A DNA stretch of 64,000 nucleotides from Eledone cirrhosa (taxonomy: Eukaryota). The notes beneath the pieces are model-generated. The model was given only the letters and a program-made list of their open reading frames with translations, was not told the origin of the DNA and made no database searches. Every line of letters begins with the position of its first letter. The stretch's first letter is position 1. Shown in pieces: positions 38,992 to 51,000 of this stretch. The DNA lies in the NCBI GenBank assembly GCA_964016885.1, contig OZ024740.1:32550001-32614000 (forward strand), written 5' to 3'. A program made the translations under genes and the position numbers.

Positions 38992-39692
38992 TTGTAGCAC
39001 AAATAATTGTTTCTACTTTTGGCACAAGGCCAGCAATTACCCAGTGCATTACTGGTACTTTATTTCATCGACCCCATGAGGATGAAAGGCAAAGTTAACC
39101 TTGGCGCGATTTGAACTCAGAATGGCAAGGGAAAGACTATGCGTCAAAGCATGGCGTCCGACCCTCTACCGATACTGCCAATCCACCGCCCTTATTGTAG
39201 CACAAATAATTGTTTCTACTTTAGGCACAAGGCCAGCAATTACCCAGTGCATTACTGGTACTTTATTTTATCGACCCCGTAAGGATGAAAGGCAAAGTCA
39301 ACATGGGACGTAACTATGCTGGCAAGGGAAAGACTATGCGTCAAAGCATGGCGTCCGACCCTCTACCGATACTGCCAATCCACCGCCTTATTGTAGCACA
39401 AATAATTGTTTCTACTTTTGGCACAAGGCCAGCAATTTCCCAGTGTATTACTGGTACTTTATTTTATCGACCCCGTAAGGATGAAAGGCAAAGTTAACCT
39501 CGGCGGGATTTGAACTCAGAATGGCAAGGGCCGTAACTCTATGCGTCAAAGCATGGCGTCCGACCCTCTACCGATACTGCCAATTCACAGCACAAATAAT
39601 TGTTTCTACGTTAGGCACAAGGCCAGCAATTACCCAGTGTATTACTGGCACTTTATTTTATCGACCCCGTAAGGATGAAAGGCAAAGTTAAC
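38992..39692 (-). mobile_element. Tandem cluster of 4 SINE copies (one truncated)
   Basis: ~200-bp period; each copy begins with (TTGT)AGCACAAATAATTGTTTCTAC. Confidence 0.9.
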
Positions 39693-39747
39693 TTGTATGG
39701 TTGAAGTTACACATAAAATGAGGTTACAAAAGGGAATGTGGAAGGCC

Positions 39748-40536
39748 GGCGATATCCAATTTTAGCTGTCTAAATGCCGCTTACTTGCTGCAGTTGCTGC
39801 TTACTTCAATGTATGAGGCTATTCCAACAAATTTACATTCACCCTTTTTTTAGCCGTTAAAAGAAATATAGATTTTTTTTTTTTTTTTTTTTTGCGATTT
39901 ATTTGCCACTGGGGCATAGATTTCTTTATTTGCCCCTTTTTTGTTTGTTTGTTTTTTGGCGATTTATTAGCCTTTTGGGGTCACACACACCCCCGTAGAA
40001 AGTGTGCGACCTTTCTGCCAGAGAGTACAGAGAGAGAGAGAGGGGGGTCCTCCCTTCTTCTCTTACCTGTACAAGCCGATATAGAGAGATGGCCCACTTA
40101 CACGGGCCATTATTGCTACTTTCACCCGAAAAAGGCACTTAGTCCCAGCCAATTCCATGAAAGATGGGTAAAAGTAGCAATAATGGCCCGTGTAAGTGGG
40201 CCATCTCTCTATATCGGCTTGTACAGGTAAAAGAAGGGAGCACCCCCCTCTCTCTGTGCTCCCTGGTAGAAAGGTCGCACACTTTCTACGGGGGCGTGTG
40301 TGACCCCAAAAGGCTAATAAATCGCAAAAAAACAAACAAACAAAAAAGGGGCAAATAAAGAAATCTATGCCCCAGTGGCAAATAAATCGCAAAAAAATAA
40401 AAATAAATAAATCTATATTTCTTTTAACGGCTAAAAAAAGGGGGAATGTAAATTTGTTGGAATAGCCTCATACATTGAAGTAGGCAGCAACTGCAGCAAG
40501 TAAGCGGCATTTAGACAGCTAAAATTGGATATTGCC
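39748..40536. mobile_element. Foldback/MITE with ~375-bp inverted arms, ~38-bp spacer and 8-bp TSD (Merlin- or MULE-type)
   Basis: GGCGATATCCAAT.../...ATTGGATATTGCC; GGAAGGCC duplicated at 39740-39747 and 40537-40544. Confidence 0.92.
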
Positions 40537-40959
40537 GGAAGGCCAAAGTGCAAAATCTCACCGTTACATGTTGTACGTGTGGTTCCTTGAAAAGAAAGTT
40601 AGTTGTTTACCCTTTTACAGTCAGGATGCGAGAGGCTGATTCTTCAAATCAAAACGCGGGAATTTTTCCCTCAGGGCGCGTAGGGATACATTCTCTTCTA
40701 CTGGCGCTGATTGGCTGAGCTGAGCCAAATCACGCACCGAGAATGTATGTGAGCCCGCGGAATGTAGGTCACTACAAAAACCTTTTTATATTCACAAATA
40801 ATATGAATGTCTCTCAAGTTACCACATTTGCTGTAAAGTATTTTCACAGCATCTCATTGTTTATATGGGAAAGAAATAAAATGTTATAAACCAATTAAAA
40901 GTTTGAATTACATGACCACTCCATTATTAAAAATCTATGCTAAAAAAATACATTGAATA

Positions 40960-41716
40960 TAATAATTGTTTCTACATTTGGCACAAGGCCAGCAATTTGA
41001 AGGAAAGGAAAAAGTCAATTAAATCTGGTACTTTATTTTATCGACCCCGTAAGGATGAAAGGCAAAGTGAGCTTTGGCAGGATCCGAACTCAGTACGTAA
41101 AGGGACATAACCTATATGCCAAATATAATAATGGTTTCTTATATAGGCACAAGGCCAGTAATTTTGGGGGGGAGGGAAAGTCAATTAAATCGACCCCAGT
41201 GCGTGACTGGTACTTTATTTTATCGACCCCATAAGGATGAAAGGCAAAGTTAACCTCAGCAGGATTTGAACTCAGGATGTAAACGGCCGTAACTCTATGC
41301 CACGAAGTATGGTGTCTGATGCTTTACCAATACTGCCAATCCACCGCCCTTATGCCGAATATGATATTGGTTTCTGATTTAGGCACAAGGCCAACAATTT
41401 GGGAGGAAGGGGAAGTCAATTAAATCGACACCAGTGCATTACTGATAATTTATTTTATCAACCCCATAAGGCAAAGCTAGCCTCGGCGGGATCTGAACTC
41501 AGAACGTAAAAGGCCATAACTCTATGCTGCAAAGCATGTTGTCCGGTGCTCTACCGATATTGTCAATCCACTGCCCTTATGCTGAAACAAGAAATTTTGA
41601 TATGAAATGAAATGAATCATAATAATTGTTTCTACTTTTGGCACAAGGCCAGCAATTACCCAGTGCATTACTGGTACTTTATTTTATCGACCCCGTAAGG
41701 ATGAAAGGCAAAGTTA
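40960..41716 (-). mobile_element. Cluster of 4 SINE copies or fragments (longer subfamily with a GGGAAAGTCAATTAAATCGACCCC insert)
   Basis: Repeated GGCACAAGGCCAGC...TCGACCCC..AAGGATGAAAGGCAAAG...TTTGAACTC. Confidence 0.88.
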
Positions 41717-42804
41717 ATAATGGTGGAAAGAAAAGTTATAGGCAAGGAATAGACAAAATGTTTCATTGACATTGTCAATTTTTGTCTAAATTTCCTTACC
41801 TAAAGATTCTTCTGAGGATATTGTACTTACATCCAAACAGATGGTAGGCCATTAGGCACAGAATTATGATTTTGAGATGGCCTGCCCCCATCAAGTTTTA
41901 GCTCTTTTATTCTCTCCTGTGCTTGTAAGTACATCATCACCATCATTTTTATGTTAACTTTTCCATGCTGGCTGGAGTTGGATGAGACTTTTTGAGGTAA
42001 TGTTTTGCTGGATACCTTGCCTGACACCAACCATTTTAGTTGCTTCATACAACATGCAGGGATATGGTGTACCTATTTAAACCTTTTCGTGATCATATTT
42101 CTAATGAAATACACTCTATTTCAATTAATTAATGAAGAATGTTGATGGATTTACTAAATTTTTTTATTTCATTGATAAGATTGTGACCTAATGTAAGGTA
42201 CTTATATAAAACTATGTTGGAAGATTTTAATTCAAATTGAAAACCTTTAAAATGGGGGTTTATTTCATAAAACCTTTTCTGTGAAAATACAATAATAAAT
42301 ATGGAGTAATGTGAATGCTAAAGGGTTAAAGTAGTCAAATATTTTTAGAAGTGTGTTATAAATATGTAAATTTAGGAATAGTGCTGTGATCTAACTGTTG
42401 AAGAATCTCTGTATTACTAAGATGTATGAAATTACTTACATACAATTAAATAAACACATTTTTTAGTAAATATTATTATATAAAATACACTCAGTAAAGT
42501 GGTTGCTGATATGAAGGACACCCAATTGTAAAAAGCTTGCCAAAAAAAGGGTTGGGAGGACCTTCAGTCGTGTAAAAGGCATCACAACCTCCCCGTGCAC
42601 TTGGTAGAATGTGAAACTGTACATAAACGAGACGACAAATCCCTGGCTTGTCTGGGAGATTAGTAGTCACTGCTTCAGACTTGGTCTATGTAGACCCATC
42701 CAACACTTACTAGCAGGGAAAGCAGATATTAAAACGATGATGACTGTAAGAGAAAATAATCACAAAAACTTAGATAACATAATAAACAACATATTTTGAT
42801 TTAC

Positions 42805-42835
42805 CTTTTGCTGTTCTAGATGAATTTAGTCCCAT
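42805..42835 (-). CDS. AIFM3: AIFM3-like first coding segment (exon probably 42909-42805 including 5' UTR)
   Basis: Strong acceptor (ttttctctttttcctttctcctttcag) at 42910; Kozak aaaATGG; MGLNSSRTAK G|gtaaat, phase 1. MGxxxS is an N-myristoylation consensus, like the MG-starting N-terminus of vertebrate AIFM3. Confidence 0.62.
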
Positions 42836-44163
42836 TTTAAAAGTAAATATTACTAAAAATAAAACTGAGTTATGTTTAGATTGATTACCTGAGGATTGTA
42901 CCAAACAACCTGAAAGGAGAAAGGAAAAAGAGAAAATAAAATCTATTAAAATAACAGGATAATTAAATACTTTCTACAATATACAAGTAATGTATTGCAT
43001 TATATAGTATCTATAGTATAGTATGATGCAGTAAAGTATAATATATGCTATATGGAATAATACACATAAGAGTGGATGTATATATAGACTTCTTCTTCTT
43101 CGCCCACTTATTCCTGAGAGGATCGTGGGGGCAGAAACCTCCTTACAGCGGGTCTTGTCAGAAGCAACCATCTCCAACTGATCCAGCTGGATCCCTAAGC
43201 CTGACCAGCCAAGCTCATGGATGTAATCCAACCATCTTGTTCAGGGTCTACTCCTGGGTCTCATATATGTATATAGTGTATATAATTCAGTGAATTACTG
43301 GTGGTGGTACCAAAGTAAGAACTCGATACACAGGCAGAGTGTATATATAAAAGAAAATGAAGTTTCATTCACATGTAGTTAGTTAGTTTTTTTATTGTGT
43401 ATCAACCTGTTACATGTATTTCCCTGAGGATTGGCTCAAGGTCACCCATAGAACTTATGGACTTGACACCATTATCAATATGCTCATCAGGCTGGTGATT
43501 ACAAAAAAATGCAGTGTTTGTTGTGATTTATAAGATGTTGGGTATATATAGGCATTGGCCCTATTTCTTTTCATGCATGTGGGGATATATGAGTGTTTGA
43601 GTGCATAGCCAAGGTTGCTTGTGTGCATAAATATACATATTTTTGTGTGCATGTGTGTTTATTCATATGTACCTGTGTGCATGAGTGTTTGTGCCTTTGT
43701 TTTTAATTGGGGTGTTTATACATATGTGTGAGGACCGGAGTGGTCAGCTGGACATAAACAGGATGTGAAACAATGACCACTCAACGGCGAGCTGTGGAGT
43801 TAAGTAATGTTTGTATTTCAATCAAGCATAGAACAAAGCTATGGTAACCACACCATCCAGGCCACCAAATAAGTAATTAAGTAAATAGATGAATGAATTT
43901 GTCCTCACAGAGTGTAATAATAATAATAATGATTTCTACCATAGGCACAAGGCCAGCAATTTTTGGGGAGGGGAAAGTTGATTAAATCGACCCAGTGCAT
44001 TACTGGTGCTTTATTTTATCGACCCCATAAGGATAAAAGGTAAAGCTTATCTCAGCGGCATTTGAACTCAGAACATATCGAGTACTCAGTTTAATGGTCT
44101 AACCAGTTTCAAACTGATTCCATCCTGATTTATATATATATATATATATATAAATATGTATAA

Positions 44164-44441
44164 GTGATGTGTTGTTTCCTTGAGCAAGATACTTTATTTC
44201 ACATTGCTCCAGTTTACTCAGCTGTAGAAATGAGATGATAGGACTGGGGTCCATATCATTTCACTGCAAAGTGGTCGTGGAGGTGCCACAGAAAAAAAAG
44301 CACCCAGCACTCACTGAGGTTGGTGTTAGGAAAGGCATCCAGCTGTAGAAATCAAGCCAGAATCAGTTCCCATCCCACCCTTGCAAGCAGGGAAAAGCGG
44401 ATGTAAAATGATGATGATGGTGATGATGATGATGATGATGA
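44164..44441 (+). mobile_element. 5'-truncated CORE-type SINE with RTE-like tail
   Basis: Nearly identical to 50622-50889; ends in (GAT)n. Confidence 0.85.
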
Positions 44442-45689
44442 TATACAGTCCCACACATAATTCCAGCAACACACCTTACACATTCAATCTATATAATGAA
44501 CTAAGAAGGAAGCCTTTATATTGTTACTCAACCTTTTAGAAATGATAACTAAATGTCCTTAAATTGTACCATTGCTGCCTTCAGCCAGCAAGGGAACATC
44601 CATGTGTTTGCTCAATCTTTTTGAAAATTACTATCTTTAAAAAAGCTAGAACATATTAGATAATGTAGTCTTAGATACACTATGCTTGAAAACAAAACTG
44701 GGATGATCATGGCTGGAACACCTTTGATCATGTGATCAACTAGTGTTACCTGGGTTAAACAACAATATTTCACAAGCAATTAATTCCCTTTCTATTTTTT
44801 TTAATCCGAACATCACAGAACTTCAAAATTGTTATAGGCTAAATTTCTTTATGAAGTATTTTGGCCTTTTCTTTCAGAAAATAATCTTTGTTTGTTTTTT
44901 TATTTAATTTTTGTTTCCAGCCTATGTTTGTTGTTTCATTAAATAAAAAAAAATTATTTTCTAGCTTATGTTTTGTTTTTTTGTTTTTTTTTTTCCAAAT
45001 ACTCATAAAATGCACCATCATTCCTTCTTGAATCACTATGCAAACCCAGTTTAACACATAATGGTTGGTAAGTCATGTTTCAATGTTTCTTTATTAAATA
45101 CTTGACATATATGTAGAACCTGTTTGACAACTCATTCTTAACAGATGAGTCAAACAATGTTGAATGTGATTACAAAGGCAAAAAATGACTTTTATCAAGT
45201 CTACCATTTTCCAGTGTATATTGCAGTGTTAATTCAGTCAATTTTGAGAATCCTCCCCAAAATTCTTGATTGCTATACATATTTTAAAAATTATTTATAT
45301 TCAGCTCATTTACCACTAACACAGATAACTTCAACTAATTTAGATAATCATTAATCTCAAGCTCATACTATATACATCTTCATCATTGTTTAACGGCTGT
45401 TTTCCTGGCTAGCAAGGGTTGGGCATTCATTAATTAGCCAGTAATTACTTACTCTTATAGTTCCATTTACAATTTCAGACACCGTGCTTTTCAACATAGA
45501 GTTATTGCCCTTTACGTTCTGAGTTCAAATCCTGCTGAGGTTAACTTTGCCTTTCATCCTAACGGGGTCGATAAAATAAAGCACCAGTAATGCACTGGAG
45601 TAATTGCTGGCCTTGTGCCAAAAAGTAGAAACAATTATTTATATATTCAATGTTTGGAATATTTAGCTATTAATATTTTATATGTTTAA

Positions 45690-45910
45690 CTCTTTAGAAT
45701 TTAAACCGGCCATATCCAGCCAGAATTCTCTTACCTCTTTCTGTTCAAACTAGCCATAACTGGCCACTCATACCGACTTTAAGGTATTGTTCTCAAAATA
45801 AATAATATCAAAATCTCATAGATTCGATATTATGTGAAATAATTAAGTGAGATAAAGCCTTTACCACGAAAATACAATAGTATATATAGAGTAATGTAAA
45901 TGCTAAAGGG
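45690..45910. mobile_element. piggyBac-type MITE (TTAA-flanked)
   Basis: TTAA|CTCTTTAGAATTTA...TAAATGCTAAAGGG|TTAA; same family as 54917, 58247 and 58460. Confidence 0.85.
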
Positions 45911-47065
45911 TTAAATATTTTAAACTAAATGTTAATGCAAAAATAAAGTACAAATGAAATAGACTAAGAAAGTTACTGGTGGGAACCAAATCCACTTGTA
46001 ATTGATATCTTTTGGCATTAACCATTTGTTATGGGAATGAATTGTCTGACTGTTGAATAGGAATCAATGGTCATTTCACAGTATCTAATGTACATCAGCT
46101 CAGAGATGTAGGTTTGATTCTACTGACTCTTAGTCTTGATTCCTTTTCATATACCTTTCATATCCAGAATCACAGTTTACACACATATTTTATATTCTTA
46201 GATTAGATCTAAAAAAATAAAAAAACTTTATTGAATTCTGGTACTTATTCACTGCTGTCTATTCTGTTCTCTTTAAAAATCTCTTTTGATTATTTCCCAA
46301 CTTGATTTCTGTTTCATCATGCTAATTCACTCCCAAAGAAAACAATATTTCTGATACATAAATCATGCAATCTGTTATTCTTTTTACATACCTTATTTTT
46401 CAAAAATTCTTAATTCTATTACTTCCATTTCAGTGTTATTTTGTTATTTTGATTTTATACTAAACATTTCCTTCACATATACTCTTCTTAGGTAAATATT
46501 TTTTATATGATCATTTTGTTACGACTGGTAGATAGTATCAACAATGGAAAGACCAACAGAAACATTGTTTCCTTGGTCCAATTCGACAATTCCCCCTCCC
46601 CCACTTGGAAAGTGAATGAGGTCTGGGATTTTGTCGATTGATCAATAAACAAAGGCAAACTAAGATTATATCTGAGAATGTTATAAGGAGATGCTCAAGA
46701 AACATTACGACCACATCTGAGAATGTTATGCATGTCCTGTAATTCCCAAGGGAGTTGTGGTGGCACCATATTAACATACAGCATTTTAAAACCTGGTGGC
46801 GCCCATCTCCTCTCTAGGTCTGAATACAACAGGTTTCTTCCAGAGAAATATAGAAAGTGGGAGAGAGAGAGAGAGAGAGAGAAAGAGGAAGAATCAACCC
46901 CTATACTTGATTGGTACTTTTTTTTATCAACCTTGAATGGATGAAAGGCAGAGTTGACCTTGGTGGGATTGGAACTCAGAAGATAGCTGACAGCTGAAAC
47001 GAATATCCCAAAGCATTTTATCTGATGTTCTAATGACTATGCCAACTTGACACCTGGGAATGTTA

Positions 47066-47300
47066 TGAGGAGACATTAAAGGTTTTGAGACTTTTATAAG
47101 AGAGACATTTATTTAACTCACATCAACACAAAACTCTAGTTTCCCTCAAAGTAGTATCCCCCAGCTTCCATGCACTTGTTGTAGTGCTCCAACTTTGGTA
47201 TCCTGATGTCCCTCTCCCTGCCCTCCTGAAACCACTTGTGCCAATGGGAAACAGTTGAGCGCAGCTCATGAAAGTTAGTCCGTGAAGTAGTGCTGATACC
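47066..47300 (-). mobile_element. Internally deleted derivative of the mariner family at 10808-11981
   Basis: Reverse complement joins sequence matching ~11000-11122 directly to sequence matching ~11860-11980. Confidence 0.8.
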
Positions 47301-47706
47301 ACAACAAAAACTATCCGTTTCACCTTGTTAAGTTGTAGTGCCAGTCATGATAAAATGCTGTCAGTACATACTACAAAGTGTTTGACATTAGGAAGGGCAA
47401 CTAGCCATAGAAACCAATGAAATGGTGATGATGATGATACACATACATATACATATATATATATAATAGGCTTTCACGCAGCTTCTTTCTATCAAAATTT
47501 ACTGTCATGGTATTGGTCAATCCAACACCATCATTGAAGATATTTGACCAAAGTGCTGCAGTCTGATTGAATCCAGAGCCTTATGGTTGTGAGACAAATT
47601 CTTAACCATACAGCCATACCTGCATCCATATCTAGATGTGAAATTCATTGCTGTTCCCTCTAACCTATTAAAAGGTAAAATTTATTTCAACATATTTTAA
47701 TATAAA

Positions 47707-48118
47707 ATAATTGTTTCTACTTTTGGCACAAGGCCAGCAATTATCCCAGTGTACCGCTGGTACTTTATTTTATTGACCCCATAAGGATGAAAGGCAAAGT
47801 TAACCTCGGCGGGATTTGAACTCAGACCATAAAGGGCCGTAACTCTTTGCTGCAAAGCATGGCGTCCAACCCTCTACCGATACTGCCAATCCACCACCCT
47901 TTTAATATATAATAATAGATAAAGGATGTCATGGATTGGCAGTATCGGTAGAGGGTCAGACGCCATGCTTTGACACAAAGAGTTACAGCCCTTTCCATTC
48001 TGAGTTCAAATCCCGCCGAGGTTAACTTTGCCTTTCATCCTTACGGGGTCGATAAAATAAAGTACCAGTAATACACTGGGTAATTGCTGGCCTTGTGCCA
48101 AAAGTAGAAACAATTATT
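47707..48118. mobile_element. Head-to-head SINE pair (47707-47899 minus; 47933-48118 plus)
   Basis: Two near-full copies in opposite orientation, ~35 bp apart. Confidence 0.9.
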
Positions 48119-48659
48119 TAGTCTTTCTTTTCCAAACCACATTATAATGTTCACTCTAATTGTAATGACGTGTAATTGTTTCCCAGTACCAATAACATAT
48201 CCATGTACTCTACTGCTTTGTGCAAGTAAACTAGTATGTTTAGTGTATTTTATGGAGTGATTAATGGACATAGTACTTTAAATGTAAAAATACAGCACAG
48301 TTAACATTGTATTAAATTTAACTACTTGTTCCCATAAACATATTAACCTTTAGTCTGTTTTAAACACTTTGTTCACATATTTCTAATGAAAAACATTGCC
48401 TATGTTCAAATAATTTTGAAAATAATCGAGAATTAAGAGGGAACATAACAAAGGTTCTTCATAAAATTACGACGGAGGGTTTTTAGATAAATATAAACAC
48501 TTTAGAATGAACAACTTAATATTGTAGAATCAGGTGCAGTTTCTGGTAGCTTGGTATCAAAAGAGTTAAATATATACATTAAATTTTTATTCAGTTTAAT
48601 TTCTTTTGTGTGTAAGCTGTATCACATACATGCAAATGACAGTGAGAGGGGTTTAATAC

Positions 48660-49560
48660 ATCATTAGATTATTTTATAAGAAAGTGACTTGCAGTTATCT
48701 TGGAGTCTCCTGTCAGTTAATTTTGTCTGTAAAATGAGTTTTTTGTTAGCCATTCTAACCACATGTCTGTAGTACCAGAGCTGTGATCTCTTGATGCAGA
48801 GAAATAACAGCTCTAATCTGGTATGATTCCCTGATCCTGAGCTATAGAAACTATCAAGTAACATAAGTCAAAAGACCTTTTGGAGTAACCCCATTTTGCC
48901 ACTTGTATACACAATCATATTCTTTCAAGAATACCGAATTGAAGATAGCAAGTTTGGCTTTTACATCTACCTTCCTTTTCCTGATGACTGAATGCTGAAG
49001 CTGGCACATTACTGCACCAATTCCTGCAATTATTGCACTTAATTCAACCTCCTGCCTTCCATCACTCATAAACATGGCACTAAATTACTTGAACATCTCC
49101 ACCTGCTTCAGTGGAACTCCACTCAAATGTAGAGTGTACAGTGCAGGCTTCCAGTGGAACTCCACTCAAATGTAGAGTGTACAGTGCAGGCTTCCAGTGG
49201 AACTCCACTCAAATGTAGAGTGTACAGTGCAGGCTTCCAGTGGAACTCCACTCAAATGTAGAGTGTACAGTGCAGGCTTCCAGTGGAACTCCACTCAAAT
49301 GTAGAGTGTACAGTGCAGGCTTCCAGTGGAACTCCACTCAAATGTAGAGTGTACAGTGCAGGCTTCCAGTGGAACTCCACTCAAATGTAGAGTGTACAGT
49401 GCAGGCTTCCAGTGGAACTCCACTCAAATGTAGAGTGTACAGTGCAGGCTTCCTTGAGCAAATCAATGTTTCAATCTTTGCAGCACTGATTTCTAACTCT
49501 GCCTGGCAGCAGTTTGCAGCAAACCTATTCATACACTTGATTGGTCTTGCTTAGGGAACC
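48660..49560 (-). mobile_element. Decayed RTE LINE RT C-terminal fragment containing a minisatellite
   Basis: FAANC.QAELEISAAKIETL...LKQVEMFK...FMSDGRQEVEL...SQLWYYRHVVRM. Confidence 0.8.
49109..49453. repeat. 43-bp minisatellite, 8 identical copies
   Basis: CAGTGGAACTCCACTCAAATGTAGAGTGTACAGTGCAGGCTTC repeated 8 times. Confidence 0.97.
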
Positions 49561-50550
49561 AGCAGGATCTTTTAGAGATAGTTGCTTGTAATAGGATGCC
49601 CAAGAAGGCATGTCTAAGGGCTCTGCCCCTATAAAAGGAGGAGGAGGAGAAGAAGTCATATATATTCAATATAAAATTTCAAATCTAAAACAATGATTAT
49701 TAAAAGACATTAGGTATTAGGTTGAGGTGGTCTGCCATTGACTTTTAAATTCACTGGTTCAAACTCTTCTACTTCACAATGCTACTTTTACTTCATGGCA
49801 TTGTCCTGAGATAAGACATTTAATTCTACTTGCCAAAGGTATAATACCTAAGCTGAGTCAGTGATGTTTTATTATTGTGAAGATAACTCTGTCATGTTTG
49901 TTGTAGGATACATTCAGACAAACTACCCAACTGAGTCTAATGAATTTAACCCAATAATTTTTATCTAGAATGCCATGATAATCTGGAATGTTCACAGTAA
50001 CCTCACAAAGATGCCATGAAATTTCCTCAGACATTTTGAACATTTAGCTTTTTGAAAACAATTTCTTATACCACAGTTACTTTTGAGGTCAATCACACCT
50101 TTTTATATATAAAAAAGGCCAATGAAAATCACTGCTTTAGTCATTCAATCATTGTACATGATACTCATTGTTCAAACTATTACTAATTCTGGCAGTCATA
50201 TAACCTCATTAAGAGTGGGTGTGGTTGGAGAAGCTAGGATAAATACATCTAAGAGACTAATTGCTGTTTGACAAATGGCAGACAATGTTTGTTAAGATAT
50301 AAGCCAAGTAAACATTATTTATAAATTAAAAACTAAATAACCATAGCTGATAATAACAATAGCAATGCCAAACGGGGGAAAAATCAATAGACTGGGATGG
50401 AAGCTTTAGAAATAATATGATATAGAATGGACTTTTCTATGGATAAGAAAGTGAGAATCAAAATATAGCTTGGTTAAGGTGTAGCACGAGTTGGAGAGGA
50501 AGAATATTGAAAGACATATGGAGGCACATGGAGACATATTAAAAGACAAT

Positions 50551-50889
50551 GGAGGCACATGGCTTAGTGGTTAGAGCATTGGCCTTGCAATCGAAAGGTT
50601 GTGAGTTCAATTCTCAGACCGGGTGATGTGTTGTTTCCTTGAGCAAGATACTTTATTTCACATTGCTCCAGTTTACTCAGCTGTAGAAATGAGATGATAG
50701 GGACTAGGGTCCCTATCATTCCACTGCAAAGTGGTCGTGGAGGTGCCACGGCAAAAAAGCACCCACCATTCACTGTAAATGAGGTTGGTGTTAGGAAGGG
50801 CATCCAGCTGTAGAAATCAAGCCAGAATCAGTTCCCGTCCCACCCTTGCAAGCAGGGAAAAGCGGACGTAAAATGATGATGATGATGAT
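50551..50889 (+). mobile_element. Full-length tRNA-derived CORE-type SINE with RTE-like 3' tail
   Basis: A box TGGCTTAGTGG, B box GAGTTCAATTC, CORE-like TTCCTTGAGCAAGATACTTT, and a tail shared with the RTE at 34860-35035. Confidence 0.85.
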
Positions 50890-51000
50890 ATATTGATGAC
50901 ACGACGAGGTGGAGTGGGGATAGTCAGCACTGTAAGCTGGTCGTGTTGGTGTCATTACAGGAAGCGTCCAGGTTGGCAATGGGAAGTAGTAACCAAGCTA

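Noticed and set aside
39892-40392. Mirror-image ORF pairs on both strands, and a GGCCC...GGGCC stem resembling a histone 3' stem-loop
   Set aside because: The ORFs result from the palindrome. The stem has an 8-nt loop rather than the 4-nt histone loop, and no histone gene is present.
50551-50625. tRNA gene
   Set aside because: The A/B boxes continue into a CORE-like domain and RTE tail with no acceptor stem; this is a SINE head.
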